A DNA stretch of 55,115 bases from positions 1-55,115 of the forward strand of contig DAOVDU010000004.1 in NCBI GenBank assembly GCA_030669305.1, written 5' to 3'. This DNA comes from Candidatus Aminicenantes bacterium. Its GTDB lineage: Bacteria; Acidobacteriota; Aminicenantia; Aminicenantales; Aminicenantaceae. Below are positions 8,319-17,673 of this stretch, one piece after another. Numbering within the stretch: position 1 is the first letter of the stretch; every line of letters begins with the position of its first letter. Both the position numbers and the translations under genes were made by a program. Below the pieces are notes generated by a model. It saw only the letters and a list, made by a program, of their open reading frames with translations, searched no databases and was not told the origin of the DNA.

Positions 8319-10004
8319 ATGAATGAAAAAATTGGAGTATATGTTTGTGAATGCGGACCCAACATTTCAGAAAGAATAGATATCGATAGAGTTTTGGAAG
8401 AAATATCTTCGGCAGAAGGTGTTAAAGTTGCTAAAAAATTTGGACTTCTTTGTTCCAATGACGGCAAAAATTATCTTGCAGATGAGATCAAAAAGGAAGA
8501 ATTAACCCATCTTGTTGTCGCTGCCTGCTCTCCAAGAGAACACGAACAGACTTTCATGAATGTATGCCTGGAGGCAGGTTTAAATCCCTATTTGTTCCAG
8601 CTAGTAAATATCCGCGAACAATGCGCCTGGATGATATCTGACAAAGAAGAAGCAACCAGGATGGCTATAAAGTATATCTATGCCGGAATTAGTCGCGTCA
8701 CTCTGCATAAACCGCTTCTGAAAAAAGAACTCGACAGCATTCCAGACGTTCTGATCATCGGAGGGGGTATTTCTGGCATTGAAGCTGCCCTCTGTTTAGC
8801 CGGGAAGGATCGAAAAGTATATTTGGTTGAAAAGACAGAATCATTAGGCGGAATGGTAAAAAAATTTTTCGAGCTTCTTCCTTATCAGGGATCAAATTTA
8901 GCCGTTATCGAAGAAAAAATTGAACAGGTTCAGAACAACGAAAATGTTGAGATATTAACCTCAAGCGAAGTCGAAGATGTACGCGGCTTTTTGGGGAATT
9001 TCGAAGCAGTTATCAAAAGCAAGAGTAATGGTTCAGAAACCAAAGAGATTAAAATCGGGGCTATTATAGTTGCTACCGGATTTAAGTTGTTCGATCCTAA
9101 GAATATACCACAATACGGATATGGAAAAATTGAAAATGTTCTGGATGCTTTGGAGTTCGAGCAAATGAGTGCTTCAGGAAAAATCTTGCTCAAGAACGGG
9201 AATCCACCCAAATCTGTTGCCCTTATACATTGTGTAGGTCGAAACGAAAAAGGTTACTGCTCTAAAGTTTGTTGTCTCTATTCGATAAAATTTGCCCGCC
9301 ATCTCCAAGATAAGCTACCAGGCATTGATGTGTCCGAATTTTACTCGGACCTTTGTCTTCCTGACAAAGCTGATCAGGATTATTTTGAAGAGGCAAAAAA
9401 GAAAGGAATCCATTTCATCAGGGCAGACAATCTCGAACTTAAGGAAAAAGATGGAAAAATAAATGTGGAGTACAAGGTTGCTGGAGGCAAAAAAGATAGT
9501 ATCGCCGTGGATATGGCTATACTTGCTCCTGCCATGGTGCCTTCCGAAGATACTTCAAAATTAGCTGAGATACTTAATCTCCCTCTTGATGAGACAGGAT
9601 TTTTCAAAGAAGTTCATGAAATGCTTGACCCAATCTCAACCCCGATCGAGGGCGTTTATGTGTCTGGCTGCGCCTTGGGCCCTAAAAATATTCCTGAATC
9701 GATTATACAATCTCAAGCTGCATCGGGAAAAATCCTTTCCAGCCTTATCCCTGGTAAAAAAATAGAGCCAGAAGTTAAAGTCTCCGAGATTAGAGAAGAA
9801 TTTTGCACAGGTTGCCAGACGTGTCTCTCTGTCTGTTTCTACGGAGCCATCAGCTTTGATGAATATAAAGGTATCTCAGTTGTCAACGAAGCGATATGCA
9901 GAGGATGCGGGAGCTGTGTCGGCATTTGTCCTTCTGGAGCGATCAGGTCCAAACACTTTACATATCCCCAGCTGTACCTCGAAGTTCTCCAGGCTTTACG
10001 ATAA
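8319..10004 (+). CDS. hdrA: HdrA-family flavoprotein (HdrA-3; N-terminal domain plus C-terminal ferredoxin, no inserted ferredoxin)
   Basis: VCECG...AACSP...NIREQC, GGGISG, HCVGR..YCSKVCC, C-terminal CTGCQTC and CRGCGSC motifs. Confidence 0.9.
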   Translation: MNEKIGVYVCECGPNISERIDIDRVLEEISSAEGVKVAKKFGLLCSNDGKNYLADEIKKEELTHLVVAACSPREHEQTFMNVCLEAGLNPYLFQLVNIREQCAWMISDKEEATRMAIKYIYAGISRVTLHKPLLKKELDSIPDVLIIGGGISGIEAALCLAGKDRKVYLVEKTESLGGMVKKFFELLPYQGSNLAVIEEKIEQVQNNENVEILTSSEVEDVRGFLGNFEAVIKSKSNGSETKEIKIGAIIVATGFKLFDPKNIPQYGYGKIENVLDALEFEQMSASGKILLKNGNPPKSVALIHCVGRNEKGYCSKVCCLYSIKFARHLQDKLPGIDVSEFYSDLCLPDKADQDYFEEAKKKGIHFIRADNLELKEKDGKINVEYKVAGGKKDSIAVDMAILAPAMVPSEDTSKLAEILNLPLDETGFFKEVHEMLDPISTPIEGVYVSGCALGPKNIPESIIQSQAASGKILSSLIPGKKIEPEVKVSEIREEFCTGCQTCLSVCFYGAISFDEYKGISVVNEAICRGCGSCVGICPSGAIRSKHFTYPQLYLEVLQALR

Positions 10005-10043
10005 TAGTTCTAGATAGACACGTCTGAAAAGAAGGAGAAACCT

Positions 10044-11282
10044 ATGACTGCTACTCAAATTGATAGCAATAAAATGCCAACAAAAGGAGCAATCATCCCT
10101 GCCGAAGAAGAAATCAATAAAACAATTGTTGATATATTTAAAAAATCATTAGAAAAAAAGTGTTTTGATGCAATCTTGATTCCAGTAAGAGTTCCTGAGA
10201 CTGAAGCTTATGCCTGGGTTCTGCTAAAAGACCAGTCTCTGCTTGATGAGGCAAACCCTTTACCACCGATAATCTCGGTTCAAGGAGCAAAGGCCCTTCG
10301 AAGTTTAACCAAACGTGGAAAAATGACTCAGAATATCGCTGCAATTCTAAGGCCTTGTGAGATAAGAGCTGCTGTTGAACTCTCCAAACTAAAGCAAATC
10401 CATTTAGATAATATCAGCCTAATTAGCATAGATTGCCCAGGAGCAATGCCTCTGTCAGACTATCTGGCTGACCCAGAAAAATCTAAAAAAATCTATAAAA
10501 ATGTACTGGAGAAATGGGGAGAAGACGACTCTGTCAGACCCGTATGTCATATTTGTAATCGATTCAGCCTTCCGTCTCTCCTACATCGAAAATCAGTAAA
10601 AATTTCCCCAGTTGAACAAGATGAAGCAAAGATGCCAAGTATTGATTTACACATAGGGCTTCTAGGAGGAAACCAGGAAAAAATATTTCTTATTCCTGTC
10701 AATCCTAAAGGGAGAGAAATCCTGGAAAAACTCGAGTTAAAATCCGATGATTCTTTAGATCTCTGGCAAACTAAAGTGAGTGAAGTCCAAGAGAAAAAAG
10801 AAAAGATAAGAAAAGAATTCAACTTGGAACTTAAAGAAAAAATTGAGGGACAGAAAAAGCTCACTGCTGTGTTTGATGAATGCATCAATTGTCATAACTG
10901 TATGAGAGTATGCCCTATTTGCTATTGTCAGCAGTGCTTTTTTGATTCAGATTCTCTGACTCTTTCTCCTGAAACTTATATTTCAAGAGCAGAAAAAAAG
11001 GGTGCTTTGCGCTTTCCTCTGGATACAATGCTCTTCCATCTGGGCCGGATGTCTCATATGGTACTTTCATGTGTTTCCTGCGGTGTATGCGAAGATGCCT
11101 GTCCGATGTCCATTCCTGTTGCTCAAATATTCAGTCTAGTAGCAGATCAGACTCAGAAGTCCTTCGACTACACTCCAGGAATAAACAAAGAAGAACCTCT
11201 GCCCTTACAAGATTTTCTGGAGGATGAATTTCATGAAGTAGAAACTCCCAGTGAGGCAATGACCCCCGAAGAGGTAAATTAA
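10044..11282 (+). CDS. FdhB/FrhB-like iron-sulfur protein, copy 1
   Basis: LRPCEIRA, IDC, RPVCHIC, CINCHNCMRVCPICYCQQC, and FHLGRMSH..CVSCGVCEDACP. Confidence 0.8.
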   Translation: MTATQIDSNKMPTKGAIIPAEEEINKTIVDIFKKSLEKKCFDAILIPVRVPETEAYAWVLLKDQSLLDEANPLPPIISVQGAKALRSLTKRGKMTQNIAAILRPCEIRAAVELSKLKQIHLDNISLISIDCPGAMPLSDYLADPEKSKKIYKNVLEKWGEDDSVRPVCHICNRFSLPSLLHRKSVKISPVEQDEAKMPSIDLHIGLLGGNQEKIFLIPVNPKGREILEKLELKSDDSLDLWQTKVSEVQEKKEKIRKEFNLELKEKIEGQKKLTAVFDECINCHNCMRVCPICYCQQCFFDSDSLTLSPETYISRAEKKGALRFPLDTMLFHLGRMSHMVLSCVSCGVCEDACPMSIPVAQIFSLVADQTQKSFDYTPGINKEEPLPLQDFLEDEFHEVETPSEAMTPEEVN

Positions 11283-11283
11283 A

Positions 11284-12393
11284 ATGTCTAACGTATTGAA
11301 AATAAAAAAAGGTGTTGAGCAAGGAGTTAACGAGCTTCTCAAATTCCTGTTAGAAAGCGAAAAAGTAAAGGGAATTTTCACTCTAAGAAAAATGAATGAA
11401 AATGGAGCTGTCTCTTACTCCCTAATTACTCATCCCAAAGAGCTGAAGAATGCAGTCCCCCTCTTTCCTCTTATGCCAGTGAATGCTGGAAAAATCCTCT
11501 CTGGCTTTACTTTAAAAAAAGCTATCAATGAACCAATAGCTGCTGTGCTTCGATCCTGCGAATTAAGAGCTTTTATTGAACTCATTAAACGAACTCAGGG
11601 CAGCCTGGAAAATTTTCTCTTAATTAGCTCAACGTGTGGAGGAGTTTATCCTTTAAAATCACTGACTGATGGCACATTTAAAGAACAGGTTTCTCAATAC
11701 TGGGAATCCGCTAAAAATGCCGAGATTGCATCTGACATCAGGCCTACTTGTGCGGCTTGTGAATATTTCATCCCACAGCAAGCTGATATGACTATTGCCA
11801 TAGTTGGGAAAAATGACCTGCAACAGGAATGCAGCATATTTCTAAACACTAAAAAAGGAGAAGAGTTTACCATAGGGGCACCTGGAAACATCGTCTCTGA
11901 AGAGATTGACACCAAAGAAACAACAAAATTACGGGAAAAAAGGCAAGACCAAAAAAAGAAACTTTTTGATGAATTCGAAAAAAACGGGTTCGGGATTAAA
12001 GCTTTGGTAAAGACATTTGCAGCTTGTCTGAGCTGTCATGGCTGCAGTAAAGCCTGCCCTATCTGTTATTGTACATTGTGTGATTTTGACTCTAAAACTC
12101 ATGAATACCTTCCTTCAAGTCACGAGATAGAACTAGAGCAAAAAGGTGGCATCCGAATTCCCCCTGGCACAATTTTTTTCCATATAGGCAGAATGATACA
12201 TATGGCTGTATCTTGTGTTAATTGTGGTATGTGTTCAGACGTCTGTCCGGTAAATATTCCTGTTTCGACAATTTTTTCCAAGGTTGGAGACTCTCTTCAG
12301 AAATTGTTTGACTACCTTCCAGGAAAAGATATCGAAGAACCTGTTCCTTCTGGAACGTATAAAGAAGAAGAATTTACTGAAATCGGAGAATAG
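11284..12393 (+). CDS. FdhB/FrhB-like iron-sulfur protein, copy 2
   Basis: LRSCELRA, RPTCAAC, CLSCHGCSKACPICYC, and FHIGRMIH..CVNCGMCSDVCP. Paralog of the preceding gene. Confidence 0.8.
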   Translation: MSNVLKIKKGVEQGVNELLKFLLESEKVKGIFTLRKMNENGAVSYSLITHPKELKNAVPLFPLMPVNAGKILSGFTLKKAINEPIAAVLRSCELRAFIELIKRTQGSLENFLLISSTCGGVYPLKSLTDGTFKEQVSQYWESAKNAEIASDIRPTCAACEYFIPQQADMTIAIVGKNDLQQECSIFLNTKKGEEFTIGAPGNIVSEEIDTKETTKLREKRQDQKKKLFDEFEKNGFGIKALVKTFAACLSCHGCSKACPICYCTLCDFDSKTHEYLPSSHEIELEQKGGIRIPPGTIFFHIGRMIHMAVSCVNCGMCSDVCPVNIPVSTIFSKVGDSLQKLFDYLPGKDIEEPVPSGTYKEEEFTEIGE

Positions 12394-12428
12394 TGAAACC
12401 TTGAATAATAAGACTTGAAAAGGAGTCA

Positions 12429-12860
12429 ATGGATATGAATGACGAATATACACCAAAAATAATTGGATTTCTCTGTAATTGGTGCGCTTATACAGGCGCT
12501 GATCTGGCAGGTGTATCCAGAATACAAATAACCCCTTCGCTTAGAATAATCAGAGTTATGTGTTCTGGAAGAATAGATCCACTTTTTGTTCTAAAAGGTC
12601 TTCTAAAAGGAGCAGATGGCGTTATGATGATGGGATGCCATCCCGGTGATTGTCATTACCAAAAAGGAAATTATAGCGCTCGCCGGAGATATGTTTTGCT
12701 TCAAAAATTATTTGAGGATCTTGGTTTTGAATCCGAACGTATAGGGCTCTGGTGGGTATCCGCTTCTGAAGGACCAAGATATGCACAAGTGTCTTCAGAA
12801 TTTTCAGAGGAAATAAAAAAATTAGGTCCTAATCCTGTTCGAGAAGAGATATTTATATAA
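12429..12860 (+). CDS. mvhD: MvhD/FlpD [2Fe-2S] subunit, copy 2
   Basis: FLCNWCAYTGAD, RVMCSGR, GCHPGDCHY and WVSASE. SD AAGGAG. Confidence 0.93.
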   Translation: MDMNDEYTPKIIGFLCNWCAYTGADLAGVSRIQITPSLRIIRVMCSGRIDPLFVLKGLLKGADGVMMMGCHPGDCHYQKGNYSARRRYVLLQKLFEDLGFESERIGLWWVSASEGPRYAQVSSEFSEEIKKLGPNPVREEIFI

Positions 12861-13056
12861 GCCAGTTTTACATTAAAACTGTGATTCAATGACTCGAAAC
12901 TGATAATCCAACAGTCAAATTTATTTCAAACATTTGCTCTTTTTGTTATAATATTATGTAAACAAGAATTAATTAATTTTTTTTAATTCTAATTAACTCG
13001 AGATAAACCAATTAAATGCTGGAATTCTTTTAAAAATAGGAGCAATAAGAAAAGCT

Positions 13057-13527
13057 ATGTCCCAGGATGAAGACCTAGAAAAATTTGCTCGCGAGCTTCA
13101 AGAACAGATCTTGGAACAAATCAAGAAGCGGTATTCTGAAATAGTTATCGATCATTGGCAAAACCCAAGAAATTTCAGAAAAATTGGGAATCCAGATGGA
13201 TATTCAAAGGTTAAAGGTTCCTGCGGAGATACTATGGAGATGTTTATAAAAATGAAAGATGAAACAATTATAGAGTGTTGCTTTCAAACCGACGGCTGTG
13301 GTACAAGCATTGCCTGTGGAAGCTTAGCCACAGATATAGCACAAAATAAATCCTTCACTCAGGCTCTGGCTCTTGTCAGCGCTGATGAAATATTAAAACG
13401 CTTCGGCGGATTACCTGAAGCAGATGTCCACTGCGCTCAACTCGCCTCTGAAACATTGAGAAGGGCATTAGCCGATTATCTTTATAATAAAAGAGCTCCA
13501 TGGAAAAAATACTACAGGAAAACCTGA
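13057..13527 (+). CDS. IscU/NifU N-terminal-like Fe-S scaffold protein
   Basis: DHWQNPRN, GSCGD, DGCG and HCAQL (three conserved Cys). Confidence 0.88.
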   Translation: MSQDEDLEKFARELQEQILEQIKKRYSEIVIDHWQNPRNFRKIGNPDGYSKVKGSCGDTMEMFIKMKDETIIECCFQTDGCGTSIACGSLATDIAQNKSFTQALALVSADEILKRFGGLPEADVHCAQLASETLRRALADYLYNKRAPWKKYYRKT

Positions 13528-13618
13528 TCTTCGTAAAGCTGAAAACATAAGCCACAAACATTAAGATTAAAACTAATTGAAACGTGTATAAATTAATTGA
13601 GGTAGATTAAAATTCATA

Positions 13619-13652
13619 TTACGACTTACGACTTACAGCTTACGGCTTACGA
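13619..13652. repeat. Degenerate heptamer tandem (TTACRRC)x5
   Basis: TTACGAC TTACGAC TTACAGC TTACGGC TTACGA. The same unit recurs at 17777-17802 and 17930-17948. Confidence 0.85.
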
Positions 13653-13695
13653 ACTTTACATATTTGCACAAAATCCCTGATTAGAAGGAGTCGCC

Positions 13696-13899
13696 ATGAG
13701 AGAATGCCAAAAAGAACAAAATCTTCAAAATTGCAACTGCACATGGGAGCCCTGCAGCCACAAAGGAATCTGCTGCGAATGCATCCAGTATCACTGGAGA
13801 ATAAAAGAACTCCCTGCCTGCCTTTTTCCCGATGATGTGGAAAAAACTTATGACCGCTCTTTGAGAAGGTTTATCGAGGTATATAAAGACAAGATATAG
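13696..13899 (+). CDS. Small Cys-rich protein (DUF6485-like)
   Basis: [16 protein letters not shown]...ELPACLF pattern. SD AAGGAG. Confidence 0.75.
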   Translation: MRECQKEQNLQNCNCTWEPCSHKGICCECIQYHWRIKELPACLFPDDVEKTYDRSLRRFIEVYKDKI

Positions 13900-13905
13900 G
13901 AAACG

Positions 13906-14853
13906 TTGAATAAATCAGAAGATAAAAACAGCTGTGTTCATATCTACGGCCCTGTGCCCTCGAGACGCCTGGGTTTCTCTCTCGGGATAGATATTATTCC
14001 CTTTAAAACATGTACTCTTGATTGCATTTACTGTCAATTAGGCCCGACCACCAGGAAGACTATACGGAGAAAAGAATATTTCTCATCTGAAGAGATTTTA
14101 GCCCAAATTAAAATGAAACTTGCCTCAGGCCAGAGAATTGACTACATCACATTTTCTGGCTCAGGAGAACCAACCCTAAATACTTCAATAGGAAAACTCA
14201 TCAAAGAAATCAAAAAGATAACAGCAATCCCTGTAGCCGTGTTGACAAACAGTACTCTTCTTTCCCGAAAAAGTGTAAGAAATGCTTTGCTATCTGCTGA
14301 TTTTATCGTTCCGTCTTTGGATGGAGTGACTCAAGAAGTTTTTGTTCAAATCAACCGGCCTCATCCATCACTTAAGGCTGAGGAAATCATAGAAGGCTTA
14401 AAAAAATTCCGACAGGAATTCCACGGCTCGATGTTGCTCGAAATCATGTTAGTGAAAGGGATAAATGATTCTCCCGTCCATATCCAAAAGCTTAAAAAAG
14501 TAATCTCCGATATAAAGCCAAAAAGAATTCAGCTCAATACGGTTATCCGGCCTCCCGCAGAAAAATTTGCCTGTTCTTTGAGTCTAGTGGAACTTAAAAA
14601 AATTAACAAAATCTTAGGCGAAAAAGCCGAGATTATCGCTAAATTCGATAAAAAAGAGCAAATACCCCCATCTAAAAATCTGGAAGAGGCTATTTTCTTC
14701 ATGATTAAGAGAAGGCCGGTGACTCTCTCTGATATTTCCGCCTCTCTTGGAAAACACAAGAATGAAATCATAAAATACACCAATTTTCTCCTGGAAGAGA
14801 GAAAAATTAAATGTGTCACACACAAGGGACTGAAATATTATGAACCGACATAA
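13906..14853 (+). CDS. Radical SAM protein (TYW1-like Fe-S oxidoreductase family)
   Basis: YGPVPSRRLG.SLG, CTLDCIYC and GSGEPTL motifs. Confidence 0.88.
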   Translation: MNKSEDKNSCVHIYGPVPSRRLGFSLGIDIIPFKTCTLDCIYCQLGPTTRKTIRRKEYFSSEEILAQIKMKLASGQRIDYITFSGSGEPTLNTSIGKLIKEIKKITAIPVAVLTNSTLLSRKSVRNALLSADFIVPSLDGVTQEVFVQINRPHPSLKAEEIIEGLKKFRQEFHGSMLLEIMLVKGINDSPVHIQKLKKVISDIKPKRIQLNTVIRPPAEKFACSLSLVELKKINKILGEKAEIIAKFDKKEQIPPSKNLEEAIFFMIKRRPVTLSDISASLGKHKNEIIKYTNFLLEERKIKCVTHKGLKYYEPT

Positions 14854-14908
14854 ATGGTAAATGAGGAATGGTGAATAAAAATCCTAGATTAGAGTGTTAG
14901 GAATTGGA

Positions 14909-15421
14909 ATGAAAGAAGTTAAAGATTTGACTAAAGAAGAGCTTTGGGCGCTTTTGAAAGATGCTTCCAAAAACTGGCTTGCCCATGATGGACTCTGGTT
15001 TCGAGCCGTGGAGAATAAATTCGGCATCGATGCTGCTATGGAACTTGACAGGAAGGCATGGGAAAACTTTACAGTCATCGAGGCCAAAAGGATAATGAAA
15101 AGACTCGGGATAGAACCCGGAGGAGGCATTCCAGCACTTGTCCATGCCCTTAAATTCAGACTATATGCACACATCAATGTCCAGGAAACCAAAGAAGTGA
15201 GTGACACACGATGTGTTTTCCATATGAATCGCTGTCGGGTGCAGGAAGCAAGAAAGAGGCAAGGGCTTCCCGATTTTCCATGCAAATCAGTAGGAATCAT
15301 TGAATACAGCGGGTTTGCCAAAACCATAGACCCGAGGATCAAAACCAAATGCCTGGTTTGTCCTCCTGATCCCCATCCTCCAGATGTTTGGTGTGCCTGG
15401 GAATTCACACTTTTGCCTTAA
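14909..15421 (+). CDS. DUF6125-like protein
   Basis: WLAHDGLWF, CRVQEAR..LPDFPC and CPPDPHP..WCAWEF. ATG at 14909. Confidence 0.72.
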   Translation: MKEVKDLTKEELWALLKDASKNWLAHDGLWFRAVENKFGIDAAMELDRKAWENFTVIEAKRIMKRLGIEPGGGIPALVHALKFRLYAHINVQETKEVSDTRCVFHMNRCRVQEARKRQGLPDFPCKSVGIIEYSGFAKTIDPRIKTKCLVCPPDPHPPDVWCAWEFTLLP

Positions 15422-15426
15422 CCCTT

Positions 15427-16074
15427 ATGAGTAAAGAAAAAATCAGGATTTTTGAAGAGAACTGGAAGAAATATGATGAATGGTTTGAACACCATCAAAA
15501 AATTTATCAATCTGAAATAAAGGCTATTAAGAAAGTTATTCCCACCGGCCTGGGGTTAGATATAGGTGTGGGAACAGGACGGTTCGCCTCTCCTTTCTAT
15601 GTTCAATTTGGCCTGGATCCCTCTCTTAATATGCTCCTCCTTGCTAGGCAAAGAAAAATAAAAATCATTCAGGGCGTGGGGGAAGCACTCCCGTTTAAAA
15701 ATGAATCTTTTTATTTTATCTTAATTGTGGTAACTATATGTTTCGCAAATAACCCCCATATATTTTTAAATGAAGCAGCAAGAATCTTAAAAAAGAAAGG
15801 TGAATTAATTCTAGCCATCATAGACAAAACCAGTGCATGGGGCAGATTCTATGAAGCCAAATCAACTCAAAGCAAATATTATGAAGCAGCCCACTTTTTC
15901 TCCCCAGAAGATATTCTCCAGATGTTTAATAATATCGATTTGGAATACAAAGAGTCTTATCAAACCCTTCTCCAACCGCCTCCAGATATCATAGAGATAG
16001 AAGAACCTCGAAAAGGATATGGAAAGGGTGGATTTATCGTCTTAAAAGCAATAAAAAAAGATAATGTCGTTTAA
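15427..16074 (+). CDS. Class I SAM-dependent methyltransferase
   Basis: GLDIGVGTGRF, LDPS..ML and GEALPF motifs. ATG at 15427. Confidence 0.88.
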   Translation: MSKEKIRIFEENWKKYDEWFEHHQKIYQSEIKAIKKVIPTGLGLDIGVGTGRFASPFYVQFGLDPSLNMLLLARQRKIKIIQGVGEALPFKNESFYFILIVVTICFANNPHIFLNEAARILKKKGELILAIIDKTSAWGRFYEAKSTQSKYYEAAHFFSPEDILQMFNNIDLEYKESYQTLLQPPPDIIEIEEPRKGYGKGGFIVLKAIKKDNVV

Positions 16075-16122
16075 TTTTGAGGAAATTATCAAAAATAATA
16101 TGAAGGAGTTATAGGAGTAATC

Positions 16123-17088
16123 ATGTTTGATAATACTCATTTTCCAGGAGCTAAAAAGTACTGGCACATGGGAACATTTTATGACTGGTCCCGACCTAAT
16201 ATTCATCCAATGAGCCATGCCCTTCATTACGGTACTTCTGTATTCGAAGGAATCCGTGCTTATAATACCGCAAATGGTCCTGCTATATTTCGCCTTCCAG
16301 AGCATATCGACAGATTTCTGCACTCAGCCTCAGTATTGAGGATGGAAGTTCCTTATAGTAAGGAAGAAATCATAAACGCCATAAAAACCCTCATGAAGGA
16401 AAACAAGCTTGATTCCGCCTACATTCGTCCTCTCTTTTTTTCTTCTTATGGAAACCTGGGCCTTGTGCCCAAATTTTCTCCTGTCGAACTAACTATCGGA
16501 GCCTGGGAATGGGGAGCCTATCTAGGGGAAAAAATGGAAATAGGTGCTCACGTCTATATTGTGCCCTTTAAGCGGATCCATCACAGCCAATTTGATATGA
16601 CGGCCAAACTCGGCGGCGTTTATGTGCAATCTGCCATCTGCGGTCTGCTTGCGAGATCCCTTGGCTATGACGAGGCGGTCTTTCTCAATCTTGAAGGAAA
16701 TATTGCCGAAGGCCCTGGAGAAAACATCTTAATTGTAAAGGAAGGAATTCTTAAAACCAACGATAAATCAGAATCTATACTTGAGGGAATCACAAGAACA
16801 ACCATACTCAACATAGCCGAGGACTTAGGCATTCCCTCTTCTGTCGGGCCAATAACCAAAGAGGAATTTTTCCAGGCAGACGAGGGTTTCTTTTCAGGCA
16901 CTGCTGTAGAAATCGCACCAATTGTATGTGTCACCGATGCCTCCGATCCAAAAGTCTCAAAGAAAGACTATACTATCGGCTCAGGGAAAGTTGGCAACAT
17001 CTCTCAGAAACTCGTTAAAACATATAAGGATGCAGTGACCGGGAAGATTAAAGAATACGAAAAATGGCTGACTTATGTTTACGATTAA
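16123..17088 (+). CDS. ilvE: Branched-chain amino acid aminotransferase (class IV)
   Basis: HALHYGTSVFEG, AK (PLP lysine), EGPGEN, ILEGITR and GTAVEI. Confidence 0.93.
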   Translation: MFDNTHFPGAKKYWHMGTFYDWSRPNIHPMSHALHYGTSVFEGIRAYNTANGPAIFRLPEHIDRFLHSASVLRMEVPYSKEEIINAIKTLMKENKLDSAYIRPLFFSSYGNLGLVPKFSPVELTIGAWEWGAYLGEKMEIGAHVYIVPFKRIHHSQFDMTAKLGGVYVQSAICGLLARSLGYDEAVFLNLEGNIAEGPGENILIVKEGILKTNDKSESILEGITRTTILNIAEDLGIPSSVGPITKEEFFQADEGFFSGTAVEIAPIVCVTDASDPKVSKKDYTIGSGKVGNISQKLVKTYKDAVTGKIKEYEKWLTYVYD

Positions 17089-17202
17089 AGAAATATGGCT
17101 CTTCAGACTGCAGATGTCCCAGCCATCTGTTCTATTTCTCAAAAAACAACTCTGAATTAATATCTTTAATAAAAAAACTGCCATTTGAGAAGAAGGAAAA
17201 CC

Positions 17203-17673
17203 ATGGAAATCAAATTTAAACCCATCGGCGTTGTCCACTCCCCGTTGAAAAAAAAGGAGGATATCCAATCATCAAGATCCACTGATCCCCAAGGGTTTGA
17301 TTCTGTCCAGGGAGAATTAGAAATATTTAAAGAATTCGAAGAAGGCTTAAAAGACATCGATGGATTCTCCCATCTTATTCTCCTCTTTGCATTTCATAAA
17401 TCTGAAGAATGCAGACTCTTCGCCCATCCTCCATATGATAACAAGCGGAGAGGAGTTTTTGCTACAAGAAGTCCTAATCGTCCTAATCCTATCGGGATGA
17501 CTGTTTTAAAGCTCATCCAGATAGAGCGAAATATTCTGCGAGTCTCAGGAATCGATATGTTCGAAGGCACTCCGGTTCTCGATATCAAGCCCTACACCCC
17601 AAGAGATCAAAAATCCCCTATCAAACTTGGATGGCTGGAAGATAAAATAAAGCAAGCACCAAAATCCCAATGA
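17203..17673 (+). CDS. trmO: TrmO/TsaA family tRNA methyltransferase
   Basis: KPIGVVHS, GVFATRSPNRPNPIG and GTPVLDIKPY. ATG at 17203. Confidence 0.88.
   Translation: MEIKFKPIGVVHSPLKKKEDIQSSRSTDPQGFDSVQGELEIFKEFEEGLKDIDGFSHLILLFAFHKSEECRLFAHPPYDNKRRGVFATRSPNRPNPIGMTVLKLIQIERNILRVSGIDMFEGTPVLDIKPYTPRDQKSPIKLGWLEDKIKQAPKSQ

Noticed and set aside
6560-12860. Selenocysteine recoding in MvhD/HdrA
   Set aside because: All motif positions are Cys codons and the ORFs are uninterrupted.
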